In this document: in pieces, positions 8,827-19,415 of the stretch | Position numbering within the stretch: position 1 is the first letter of the stretch | Layout of the letters: every line of letters begins with the position of its first letter | Assembly (NCBI GenBank): GCA_963734545.1 | Contig: CAVTHO010000006.1 | Location: 160,001-224,000, forward strand | Origin: an uncultured Spirochaetota bacterium | Lineage (GTDB): Bacteria > Spirochaetota > Spirochaetia > SZUA-6 > Fen-1364 | Length of the DNA stretch: 64,000 nucleotides | Direction of reading: 5' to 3' | The notes under the pieces: generated by a model | Told to the model about the DNA's origin: nothing | The model's input: only the letters and a program-made list of their open reading frames with translations | Databases searched by the model: none | Translations under genes and position numbers: made by a program

Positions 8827-10356
8827 TGTTCTTCCTTTCTCCTCTTCCGCCCAGCGATTCATCGATGCCAGCAGCGACATGTAGCGCTCGGTCCTGCGCC
8901 GGCACATCGGCGCGCGCCGCGGATCCGGCTCGGTGACCGCTCCGGTGCGAATCCACTTTGCGGCGGCAGCCTCGATGTCCTCGAGCACACCCACCCCGCT
9001 GCCCGCCAGGAGCGCGGAGCCGAGGGGCGCGCCTCCCGCGCCCATGACCTGCACGATCGGGACGCCCAGCGTGTCAGCCTTTATCCGGTTCCAGACCGCG
9101 CTCTTCTCTCCGCCGCCGGTGACGCGCACCTCGGCGACAGTGCCCGCGCCGAAGAGCTTCTCCAGCGTGCGCAGGTAGATGCCGTATTCCAGCGCCACCC
9201 CTTCCAGCACGGCGCGATAGAGGTGCCCGGGGCCGTGACTCCACGTGAGACCCACCCATGCGCCTCGAAGGTGAGGCTGGCTGGGACTGACCCGGCCGCC
9301 GAGATGCGGGATGAAGAAGGGATCGTCCTCGGCGGGCGTCACCGCTTCCGCCATCTCGTTCAGCCGCGGGAAGTCCGCCGCCTGTCCGGCCGCCGCGAAG
9401 GCGCCGGCAAGCTGCTCGCGGAACCACTCCAGGTTCATGCCGCCGCCGTTGATGTACGCGTAGGGGTGCCAGAGCCCGGGGATCGCCGAGCGGCCGCAGC
9501 TCAGGATCATGTCCTCCTCGTCGGCGCGGAAGTCCGCCGTGGTCGCGGCAAAGACCGACGCGGTGCCGGCAACGTCCACGCAGATGCCGGGCCGGGTGGC
9601 CCCGCAGGAGAGGAAGCTCGCGGCCGTGTCCCCGCAGCCGGCCACGACGGGCGTTCCTGCCGGAACGCCGCAGCGCGCGGCCATTTCCGCGGTCAGCTCA
9701 CCGACCACCTCCCGGGACGCCACGATACGCGGCAGCACGGCAGGATCGACTCCGAAGTCGCCTGCAGAGCGTCGGGTCCCACGCTCCCGCCCTGCTGTCG
9801 GCGAAGCCGGAGAAATGCAGGTAGCTCCTGTCGATGAACGCGCGCGAGCCGTCCATGCCGCACAGACGCATGACGGCGTAGCCGCCGGGTGCACGAAGGA
9901 GCGTATCTTGCGGTACGTCTCGGGCCGTTCGTTCTTCCACCAGAGGATCTTGGGCCCGTGGTTGAAGCTGGGCGGGCCGCCGGCCTTGCGCACGATTCTC
10001 CGGCCCGCGTCCTTCTGCATGCGCTCGATCCACGGGGCGCAGCGCGTGTCCAGCCACGAGTCGTAGGGCGTGACGTTTCTCCCGTCTTCACCCACCCCGA
10101 TGATCCCCGCCATCTGGCCGTCGATGGAGAGGGCACAGACCGACCCCGCACCGGATGCCTTTGCCGCGCACTCGGCAATGACCTCGCACGTGGAGCGGAG
10201 CTGCTGCTCGGGATCCTCCTCCACCACGCCCGGCGCGGGCCGGTGCAGGTCGGACTTGCGGAAGGCCTCTCCCCGGCAGCGGCCCTCCGCGTCGTAGACG
10301 GCCGCCTTGACCCCCTGGGTCCCGATATCGACGCCGACGAAAAGCTTGCTGCTCAT
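8827..10356 (-). CDS. FGGY-family carbohydrate kinase (xylulokinase-like); compensating internal indels near 9760-9890; no stop before the cupin gene
   Basis: GVDIGTQGVK, DGQMAG, AGCGDT, DVAGT, PHLGGRVSP, AVLEGVA, TGGGEKS. Confidence 0.88.
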
Positions 10357-11397
10357 GCGAACTCGATGACGTTCTTCAGGCCCCTGCCCGACATGACCTG
10401 CTCGAAGGAGGCGCGGATCCCGTCCAGGGGCGTGCTCATGGTGACGAGGTCCTTCACGACCAGCCGTCCCGAGGCCACCAGCGCGAGGGTCTGCCGGTAC
10501 TGGATGAGGCTCTGGCGCGAGGTGCCCGTGATCGTGATCTGTTTGTAGTGCACGAGGTTCGTGTCCAGCGGCACCTTGCTCTTTCCCTCCGGCAGCCCGC
10601 CGAAGAACATGACACGGCCGTTCACGCCGACCACCTCCAGGGCGAGAACCTGCGCATCTGCGGACGGCGCCGCGGTGATGCAGACGCTCACGCCTTTGCC
10701 CGCGGTGAGCGCGGAAAGGCGTTCCTTCAGCCCTTCGCTTTCCAGGGTGATGATGGCCGGCTCCACCTTCCGGCAGAGGGAGAGGCGCTCGGCGCTCAGG
10801 TCGTTCATGAAGACCTTTGCGGCGCCGGCCATGAGGGCAACCTTCGCATGCATGAGACCGATAGGCCCTGCGCCGATGACCAGCACCGTGTCACCGGGGA
10901 CAATGGCGATTCTCTGGAACGCGTTGTAGACGCAGGCCAGCGGCTCGACCAGGGCGGCGGACACGAAGTCCCCCCCTTCGGGGATCAGGAGCGAGATTGC
11001 CCTGGGACACCGCCTCCCGGGGGATCTTCATGAAGGGGGCAAACCCGCCCGGGATGTTGATGCCAAAGGCCTTGTAGGTGGCGCACATCTGGGTGTTGCC
11101 GCTCACGCACTGGTCGCAGACGCCGCAGCCCATGTTGGGGGCCACGGCCACGGCCATGCCCGGGCGGTACCCGTTCACGTCGGGGCCCACTGACTCGACG
11201 ACGCCGCTCACCTCGTGCCCGAGCACGAGCGGGCTGCCGGGCGTGGCGCCGCGCGCGCCGTTTCGGAACATGCGGATGTCGGTGCCGCAGATCGCCGCCG
11301 CCTTCACTTTGAGAAGTACTTCCCCTGTCCCGATCACGGGAACCGGTATGTCCTCCATCCTGAGGTCTTCCTTCCCGTACAGCAGCGCCGCCCGCAT
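10353..11397 (-). CDS. Zn-dependent alcohol/polyol dehydrogenase (MDR); frameshift near 10980
   Basis: AICGTD, LGHEVSG, CGVCDQC…C, EPLACV, IGAGPIG. Confidence 0.9.
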
Positions 11398-11426
11398 AGT
11401 GAATCCGCCGGGTACGTCGATGCTCT

Positions 11427-12469
11427 TCACGCCTTTCTCCCTTCCACCCGCATCGGCGCGCGCTCGACGATCGAGCGGTTCCCCGCGTTCACCACGGCAA
11501 CCGCCATCCTGCCGTCGATGCCGCGCACGCGCGGCTCCCTTCCGTCGAGGATGCAGTCCACGAAGTCCTGGTCCTCCGCGGTAGTACGCTTCGGTGAACA
11601 GGGTGCGCCAGCTCTTCACGAAGGATCGGACGGTTCCCTTTGCCGTGGAGCAGCCTACGACCGAATCCTGCTCCGTCCTGCCGACGAACATCACGCCGCG
11701 CGTGCCCACGATCTCCATGCGCGCGTCGTACCCGTAGCCCACGGAGACGGCCCCGTCGATGAACCCCTGCCTGCCGTCCGCGAACCGGCAGACCATGGAC
11801 ACGTTGTCGTAGAAGTCGGGGTATTTCTGCGCCGCCTGCGGGCAGCGAAAGTTCCCGCCCAGCGCGTAGACTTCCTCGATCTCGCTTCCGACGAACCAGC
11901 GCGCCGCGTCGATGTCGTGGCTGTTGACCTCGGCCAGGGGGCCGTTGCTCGTGCGGATGTCGTACATCCATTCCTGGGGCACGCTCGGCCCGTGGGTGAG
12001 GGATTTCACGAGCACCACGTCACCGATTTCCCCTGCGTCGATGCGCTCCTTGGCCGCGCAGAAGCTTTCGTCGTAGCGGCGCATGAAGGCGACCTGGAGC
12101 CTGACACCGGCCTTGTCGCATGCCTGGATCATTGCATCACATTCGGCCACATCCATGGCCATGGGTTTTTCGCAGAGTACGTGCTTGCCGGCGCGTGCCG
12201 CCTGTATCACGACGTCACGATGAAGGGCCGTCGGGGTCACGACCACAACCGCGTGGACTTTCGGGTCTGCCAGTGCCTCCCGATAGTCCGCGTAGGCTGT
12301 TTCCACCTCCAGCTCCTTCCGCGCCTCCTCCAGTGTCGGGGCGTGGGCATCCACGAGGGCTGAGAGCCTGCCGCGGCTCACCCCGCGGGCGAAGTTCCGA
12401 GCGTGGATCATACCGGCCCTGCCCGGCCCCGATCACGCATACGCCGATCTTCCTCTCGTCTCTTGGCAT
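11427..12469 (-). CDS. Gfo/Idh/MocA oxidoreductase (inositol-dehydrogenase-like); frameshifts near 12420 and 11580
   Basis: IGVCVIGAG, HVLCEKPMA, AFMRRYD, GEIGDV, NSHDID, GYDARMEIVGTRG. Confidence 0.9.
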
Positions 12470-12592
12470 TAGAAGATACTCTCCTGTCCTCTTGCGCCCG
12501 TGTGGATACTACATTTTATCAGTATGAGTGTGCCAGTTTTTTGTTTTCTGTCAAGTATTACCTTTTGCTATTATATCATTTCAAATAAAACC

Positions 12593-12647
12593 TTGACAAA
12601 TAGGACATCATGATGTTACGATCGCTAAGCTCTAAACGTCGTGACGT
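12593..12647 (+). promoter_or_regulatory. Promoter of the GntR operon with two operator-like palindromes
   Basis: TTGACA 12593-12598, TACGAT 12617-12622 (18-bp spacer); ACATCATGATGT 12605-12616 (perfect) and ACGTCGTGACGT 12636-12647. Confidence 0.6.
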
Positions 12648-12681
12648 CGTTACCAAGGCAAGAAAAGCGGAGCTGCAACTG

Positions 12682-13449
12682 ATGGAACGGGCGATTTCAC
12701 GATACCTGTGGGTCCACAATTCTCTCAAAGCCCAGATCGAGGCCGAAGACTTCAAAGTCGGAGACTTTCTGCCCCCCGAGCCTGAGCTGCAGAGGACTTT
12801 CCAGGTCAGTCGGACAACTGTGCGCAAGGCAGTGGAAATGCTCGCCCAGCAAGGCTTCGTCTATATCCGGCAGGGCAAAGGCACCCAGATCCTCGACTTC
12901 AAGGCCACGCAGAAGGCTCGGGTTCGTCACATCTTTTTCCGAGACGCTCCGCGAGCAGGGATTTACCGTCACGCAGGCCGATATCCGTGTCGACTACGTC
13001 TCTGCGCCGCGGCGGATCGCCGCGGATCTCGGAGTGGAGCCCGGACGCGCGTCTCGTGAGAATCGATCGTGTCACCCTGGCCAACGGCACCCCGATCGCC
13101 CTGATGACCAACTACCTGCTGCCCGAGCTCGTGCCCGGGCATCGAAAAACGGATCAGCGGGATGAGCTCCCTGTACTCGTTTCTGGAGTCCGAGTACAAC
13201 CTCATGATCGAGGCAGCAACGGATTTCATTTCCGCGCGGCAGGCCCTGCCGGAGGAAGCGGAGAAGCTCCAGATAGCGGAGGGCTCGCCGCTCCTGGTTG
13301 TCCGCCGCGATTCCCACAGCGGCGGCAGGCCCATCGAGGTGGCGATCCTGCTGATCGTGGCCGACAAGTACGAGTACTGCGTGCACACCAAGGAGAGGCC
13401 TCCGCGCACCGCGCGAAATCCGGCGGGCACGGGGAGCGGGCACCCATGA
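12682..13449 (+). CDS. GntR-family regulator, HutC/UTRA type; frameshifted
   Basis: LPPEPELQRTFQVSRTTVRKAVEML…IRQGKGT; UTRA-like SLYSFLESEY…PLLVVRR…GRPIEV. Confidence 0.88.
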
Positions 13450-14147
13450 AGCTGACGGCACGTGACGTCGCAAAGCTGATCGACATCAGCGCTGTCCAGG
13501 CTCCCCACGGCGCCGCGGAGATCCGCAACCTCGTGGGCAACGCGAAGGAGTTTCATTTCATGGCGGTCCACGTCCTGCCCTGCTGGGTCACATTCCTGAA
13601 GGAGCTTCTCGCCGACAGCCCCGATATTCTGATCGGCGCGCCGGTCGGCTTCCCTTCGGGGGCGCACCGCACGGAGATCAAGGTCGCCGAGGCGACGGCT
13701 TCTTCTCCAGGACGGCGTGCAGGAAATGGACATGATGCTGAACGTCGGCAAGCTCCGCTCGGGCGAATACCGCTACTGCGAGGAGGACATCCGCGCCGTG
13801 GTCCGGGCAGCCGGCGAGGTGCCGGTCAAGGTGATCCTCGAGGTGCACTACCTGAGCCGCGACCAGCTCAAGAAGGCCTGCGAGGTGTGCATCAACGGCG
13901 GGCGCTGCCTTCGTCAAGACGGCCACCGGCTGGGCCGCGAGCGGCGCCACCCTCGAGGTGGTGCAGTTCATCACGTCGTTCGTCGGCGACGGCCATCAAG
14001 GTGAAGGCGGCGGGCAGCATCCGCAACCTCGACACGCTCGTGAAGATGTACAGGATGGGGGTGTCGCGGTTCGGCATCAACCTCAATTCCTCGATGGAGA
14101 TCGTCCGGTCGGTGGCGGCGCTGCCGGGCGGAGCGGTCGAGGTATGA
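13446..14147 (+). CDS. Divergent DeoC-like class I aldolase; frameshifted
   Basis: PVGFPSG, KVAEA, EMDMMLN, VKVILE, FVKTATG, VKAAGSIR; has DISAV where DeoC usually has DHT. Confidence 0.82.
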   Translation: MKLTARDVAKLIDISAVQAPHGAAEIRNLVGNAKEFHFMAVHVLPCWVTFLKELLADSPDILIGAPVGFPSGAHRTEIKVAEATASSPGRRAGNGHDAERRQAPLGRIPLLRGGHPRRGPGSRRGAGQGDPRGALPEPRPAQEGLRGVHQRRALPSSRRPPAGPRAAPPSRWCSSSRRSSATAIKVKAAGSIRNLDTLVKMYRMGVSRFGINLNSSMEIVRSVAALPGGAVEV

Positions 14148-15696
14148 GCGCGCGCGCAGTCGGTCGCACGATCATCGCCTACGACCTGGGAACGGGAGGC
14201 GCAAAGGCCTCGCTGTACCAGGTGGACGGGACCTGCCTGGCGAGCACCTTCGTCTCCTACGAGACCCTCTACCCGGACACCGGGTGGCACGAGCAGCGGC
14301 CCTCGGACTGGTGGAACGCGGTCGTGGAAAGCACGCGCGCCCTGCTGGCCAGGAAGCTGGTCCCCGCGGCCGACATCGAGTGCCTCGCCATTTCGGGCCA
14401 GAGCCTCGCCGTGATCCCCGTGGACGCGCAGGGGCGCGCCGCTGCGGGACTGCGATGCCCATCTGGTCCGACACGCGGGCCGCGCGGCAGACGGCGGCGT
14501 TCTTCCAGAAAGTGGACCGGGACCGCTGGTACATGACCACGGGCAACGGCTTTCCCGCCGAGTGCTACTCGGTGTTCAAGATCATGTGGTACCGGGACAA
14601 CGAGCCCGCGATGTTCTCCCGCATCGCACACGGTGCTCGGCTCCAAGGACTGGGTCAACCTCCGTCTGACCGGCGGAATGCCTGACCGACTATCTCCTAC
14701 GCCTCCGGCAGCGGCGTCTACGACCTGCTCGGCTGGAAGTACAACCCGGAAGTTCATCCGGGCGAGCGGCGCTGCCGGAGTCGCTCTTTCCCGAGATCGT
14801 TGCCTCCACGACGATCATCGGCACGCTGACCGCGGAGGCAGCCGCCGCGCTGGGACTTCCGCGAAGGCGTGAAAGTGGCCTGCGGCGGCGTGGACAACTC
14901 GTGCATGGCGCTGGGCGCGCGCAACACCGGGTGAAGGCAGGGTGTACACCTCCCTGGGCTCCTCCTCCTGGATCGCCGTCTCCTCCGCAAAGCCGGTGCT
15001 GGACCCGAAGGCGAAGCCGTACGTGTTCACGCACGTGATCCCGGGCCTCTTCACCTCCGCCGTGAGCATCTTCGCGGGCGGCAGCTCCTTCCGCTGGATC
15101 CGTGACGCCCTGTATGGGCCGGGCGCCGGCGCACGGCCGGGACGCGTACGACGTGATGAACGAGCTGGCAGCCTCCTCGCCCGTCGGCGCCAACAAGCTC
15201 ATGTTCAATCCCAGCCTTGCGGGGGGCAGCTCGCAGGAGCCCAGCCCGCACATCCGCGGCGGCTTCTCGGGCATCGACCTTCGGCACACGCGCGGGGACC
15301 TCGTCCGCGCGGGCATGGAGGGAATTGCCCTGAACCTCGCGGCAGTGCTCGAGGTGCTGCGCCGCTTCGTGCCCCTTTCCCCCGAGATGCTGATGGTGGG
15401 CGGCGGCAGCAAGAGCGCGCTCTGGCGGCAGATCTTCGCGGACGTCTACCAGCATGGACTGCGTGAAGACCAACGTCGACCAGGAGGCGGGCTCACTCGG
15501 GGCGGCCGCGGTGGCCGCGGTCGGGGCCGGGCTCTGGAGGGCTTCGAGAAGATCGACGAGGTGCACAGGTGGAGAGCGTGGCAGAAGCCCGACCCCGCGC
15601 AACGCGGAGACGTACCGCAGGCTCATGCCGGCGTTCGAGATGGTGCGCAGGCACCAGGCGGAGCTGGGAGACCTGCTGCACGGCATCGACATCTGA
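14144..15696 (+). CDS. FGGY-family carbohydrate kinase; several frameshifts
   Basis: AYDLGTGGAK, EQRPSDWW, ISGQS, IWSDTRA, GGVDN, SLGSSSW, RAGMEGIA, VGGGSKS. Confidence 0.87.
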
Positions 15697-15709
15697 AGGA
15701 GGACAGGGC

Positions 15710-16685
15710 ATGAAGATCGGACTGTTCACGGCAACCTTCCTGGACACGAAGCTCGACGAGGTGTGCACCATGGCGGCGGACCTGGGCTACCAGGCCGTGG
15801 AGCTGCCCGCGTTCACGGGAAACCCGCACCTGGATCTGGATGAGACGCTGAAGGGAAGCAACGCGAAAAGCCTCGCTGAAGATGGTGAACGGACACGGCC
15901 TCGTCATTTCCGCGCTCGCCAACCACCCCGAGGGGCAGATCGTCCTGGGGCCGTACGGCAAGGACACCGACGCCATCTGCAAGGGGACGAAGGAAGAGAA
16001 GATCAAGTTCGGCACCGAGCGGATGATCAAGACCGCGCAGGCGGCAAATGCCCTCGGCGTCCCCGTGGTGACGGGGTTCCTCGGGTGCGAGAACTTCGGC
16101 CGCTTCTTCCCCTGGCCGTATTCCAAGGGGCTGGGCCGACATGGAGCAGGAGCTCGTGGAGCGATGGGGAAAGATCCTGGACAAGTTCGCGCGAGTACGG
16201 AGTGAAGTTCGCGCACGAGCCGCACCCCAACGAGCTGGTCTACGACGTGGACACGGCGCTGCGCGCCGTGGAGCTCCTGGGCGAACAGGAAGGAGTTCGG
16301 CTTCAACTTCGATCCGGCCAACCTCATCTACCTGGACATCAACGTGGAGAACTTCATCGACCAGCTCAAGGGACACATCCTGCACGTGCACGCGAAGGAC
16401 GGCGAGGTGGTGGAGCACAACGTGAAGCGCTCGGGACGCATTCCGCAGGGAGACTGGCAGAGGCTGGGACGGGGGTTCCGCTTCCGCATCCCCGGCTGGG
16501 GCTCGGTGCCCTGGAAGAAGGTCATCACGGAGCTGTCCCTGATCGGGTACGACTACGTGATGAGCTACGAGCACGAGGACGTGACCATGAGCCGGCAGGA
16601 CGGCATCACCAAGACGATCGCCTACCTGAAGCCGCTGCTCATCGACAAGCCCTACGAGGGCCGGCACGACGTGCTGTTCAACTGA
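15710..16685 (+). CDS. Sugar phosphate isomerase/epimerase (xylose-isomerase-like TIM barrel); frameshifted
   Basis: VKFAHEPHP, FNFDPANL, HVHAKD, FRIPGWGSVPW, SYEHED; AGGAGG SD. Confidence 0.87.
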
Positions 16686-16711
16686 GACGGCGAAAGGAAG
16701 GCAGGCGCACT

Positions 16712-17776
16712 ATGGCGGAGACAATGAAAGCAGCGGTCGTGGAGAAACCCGGCACCCTGGTGATCAAGCAGGTGCCTGTTCCCACGATCGACGAGAATGA
16801 AGTGCTGATCAAGGTGAAGTACACCGGCATCTGCGGCACGGACTGGAGCATCTTCACCGGCAAGTATTCGGCGGACAAGCTGCCCCTGATCCCGGGACAC
16901 GAGTTCTCGGGCGTGGTGGCCAAGGTGGGCAAAAAGACACGGGGCATCAAGGAAGGGGACCGGGTCACGGCGGACATCAACATGTCCTGCGGCACCTGCT
17001 TCTACTGCCGGCAGGGCCAGAAGCTCATGTGCCGGGATTTCCACCAGCTCGGCATCCACGTGGACGGCACCTACGCCGAGTACGTGAAGGCGCCATTCGA
17101 CCAGGTGCACAAGCTGCCCGACTCCCTGAGCTTCATGGCAGGCGCGTTCATCGAGCCCGTCTCCTGCGTCATCCACTCGTCCAAGGCGGCAAAGGTCACG
17201 CACGGCAGCTCCGTGGCGGTCATCGGCAGCGGCCTCGGGGTGCTGCACGGCCTGCTCGCCCGGCTTCGCGGCGCCGCGCCGGTCATCGTGATCGGGGACA
17301 ACGCGAAGCGGCTTGCCATCGCGAAGGAGTTCGGGGTCGACGTCACGATCAACATCAAGGACGGAAAAGACCCCGTTGCGGAAGTGAAGAAGCTCACCGA
17401 CGGACGCGGCGCGGATTTCGTCGTGGAAGCGGTCGGCACGCCGAAGACCTACGAGCAGGCATTCGAGATGGTGCGCCCCGGCGGCACGATTGCCGCGTTC
17501 GGCATCTGCGCCGGTGACGACACGATCAAGGTGAGGCCGTTCGACCTCGTGCTGGGGGAGAAGACCGTCGTGGGCTCCTGCGCCGGCGTGGGAACAGACT
17601 GGACGGACGCGATGGCTCTCATTGCCAACGGCCACATCAAGCCGGAGAGCATGTTCTCCATGGTCGTTCCCCTGGAAGAGCTCGAGGCCGCGCTGAAGCA
17701 GCTGCGCACCGACCCGAACCTGTTCAAGGTGTTCGTGTCCACCGAGATTTCCAAGCGGGAAATCCTCTCGAAGTAA
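16712..17776 (+). CDS. Zn-dependent alcohol/polyol dehydrogenase (MDR)
   Basis: GICGTD, PGHEFSG, CGTCFYC…C, IEPVSC; intact frame. Confidence 0.92.
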   Translation: MAETMKAAVVEKPGTLVIKQVPVPTIDENEVLIKVKYTGICGTDWSIFTGKYSADKLPLIPGHEFSGVVAKVGKKTRGIKEGDRVTADINMSCGTCFYCRQGQKLMCRDFHQLGIHVDGTYAEYVKAPFDQVHKLPDSLSFMAGAFIEPVSCVIHSSKAAKVTHGSSVAVIGSGLGVLHGLLARLRGAAPVIVIGDNAKRLAIAKEFGVDVTINIKDGKDPVAEVKKLTDGRGADFVVEAVGTPKTYEQAFEMVRPGGTIAAFGICAGDDTIKVRPFDLVLGEKTVVGSCAGVGTDWTDAMALIANGHIKPESMFSMVVPLEELEAALKQLRTDPNLFKVFVSTEISKREILSK

Positions 17777-17784
17777 GGACGGCC

Positions 17785-18198
17785 ATGCGGCTCAAGGGCA
17801 TCGATCACGTGTCGATCAACGTGAAGGACATGGGCGTCTCCGCGGCATTCTACGGAGGCGTTCTTGGCCTGCGCAGGCTCCAGACCGTGCCCATGGACGG
17901 GGGTTTTGCCATCACCTACTTCGAGATCCCCGGCGGGGGCCGGCTCGAGCTGTTCGACTACGGCGGGAAGAATCGCGATGTTCCGCGGGAGGAGAGCGAC
18001 GCAGGGCTGCGGCATCTCGCCTTCACAGTCGACGACGTGGCTGTCGCCGAAAAGACGCTGCGGGAGAAGGGCGTGACGATCGTGCTGCCCACGACGGACA
18101 TTCCGTCGTTGGGCGCCCGGGTTCTTCTGTTCCTCGATCCCAACGGCGTGACCCTGGAGTTCTGCGAAAAGCTCGTTCCGGCATCAGGAAGGAGCTGA
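17785..18198 (+). CDS. VOC/glyoxalase-family protein
   Basis: IDHVSINVKD, LELF, LRHLAFTVDD, FLDPNGVTLEF. Confidence 0.9.
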   Translation: MRLKGIDHVSINVKDMGVSAAFYGGVLGLRRLQTVPMDGGFAITYFEIPGGGRLELFDYGGKNRDVPREESDAGLRHLAFTVDDVAVAEKTLREKGVTIVLPTTDIPSLGARVLLFLDPNGVTLEFCEKLVPASGRS

Positions 18199-18271
18199 GA
18201 GTACCGGCGGCACGGTAATGTGGTCTTCCGGTCCCTGTCAGGGACCTAGAAAAATTGCGGGAGGTGCGCGG

Positions 18272-19358
18272 ATGAAGAAGACGATTGTGATCCTTCTCAT
18301 GGTGTCTCTGGCGATGGTAGTCGCACTCGCCGGATGCTCGAAGGGAGGCGGAAAGGCAGCCGCGCCCACGGTGAGCGCGGGCGGCGGGACCGCCGCGGAC
18401 GTGACGGTGAACACGTCGAAGTACAAGAAGAGCGGCAAGGTCACGATCGGCCTTTCCTGGGAAGGGCCGCTCAATGACTACTCGAAGGCGATCATGTACA
18501 ACGTCCAGTACACCCTGGAACAGAAGTACAAGGACCGCGTGGCAAAGGTGATCTACGCTCCCGCTGACGGCGACAAGAACAAGCAGATCAACACGGTGGA
18601 GGACATGCTCACCAAGAAGATCGACCTGCTGCTTTACCAGCCGATCAGCGAATCCGCCGGCGTTGCCGTCATCGAGAAGGCGATGGGCATGGGCATCCCC
18701 GTCATCGTGTTCGGGGCGGGCCTCCTGACCGACACCTACGTCTCGTACTGCAACATCGACAACTACGGCATCGGCGTCGCGGAGACCGACTGGGTCGTGA
18801 AGCAGATGGGCGGAAAAGGCACGATCCTGCAGATGGTCGGCGAGCCGGGCAGCGGCTACACCGAGGACTACATCAGGGGATGCACGGCGGCGCTCAAGAA
18901 GTACCCGGACATCGCGCTGGCCAACCGGATCTATGCCTACTATTCCACGGCAACGGCGAAGCAGGCTATGGAAACCCTGCTGAACACCAACCCCGACATC
19001 ACCGGCGTGCTGTGCCAGGGCGGCCACATGGCCCTGGGCGTCCTCGAGGCGTACGCGGACAAGAAGAAGCCCCTCCCCGCGATCACGGTGGACGACATCA
19101 ACCTCTTCATGAATGCCGCGGCGAAGATGAAGTTCACCAATTTCGTCGTGGTGAGCGGCGGCAGCGAAGTCTCAGCCGACGCCTGCGAAGTGGCCATGAA
19201 GGTGCTCAATGGCGAGCCGGTCAAGAAGACCACTCTTTCGCCCGTGAAGCTTTACACGGCCGACGAGATGGCGAAGCTGATCCCCGACGGGGATGTCAGA
19301 CGGATACTGGGCCCTGAACAAGATCCCGGCCGAGTTCGTGAAGAACTACTTCAAGTAG
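18272..19358 (+). CDS. Sugar ABC transporter substrate-binding lipoprotein (RbsB-like); frameshift near 19290
   Basis: Lipobox LAGC; ADGDKNKQINTVEDML, GIPVIVF, DNYGIG; GGAGG SD. Confidence 0.88.
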
Positions 19359-19374
19359 ACCGGGACGAAGATTC

Positions 19375-19404
19375 GCACGGGGGGCCGCAAAGGCTCCCCC
19401 GTGC
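19375..19404 (+). terminator. Intercistronic stem-loop after the binding-protein gene (mRNA stabiliser or attenuator)
   Basis: GCACGGGGG-GCCGCAAAGGCT-CCCCCGTGC; no U-tract. Confidence 0.55.
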
Positions 19405-19415
19405 GTCCGAGGGAG

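Noticed and set aside
10891-12411. Gfo/Idh/MocA-ADH fusion ORF
   Set aside because: Frameshift near 11580 bypasses the true stop at 11427; the ADH has its own ATG at 11397
15569-17776. 735-aa epimerase-ADH fusion
   Set aside because: Off-frame bridge; the epimerase stops at 16685 and the ADH has its own SD and start at 16712
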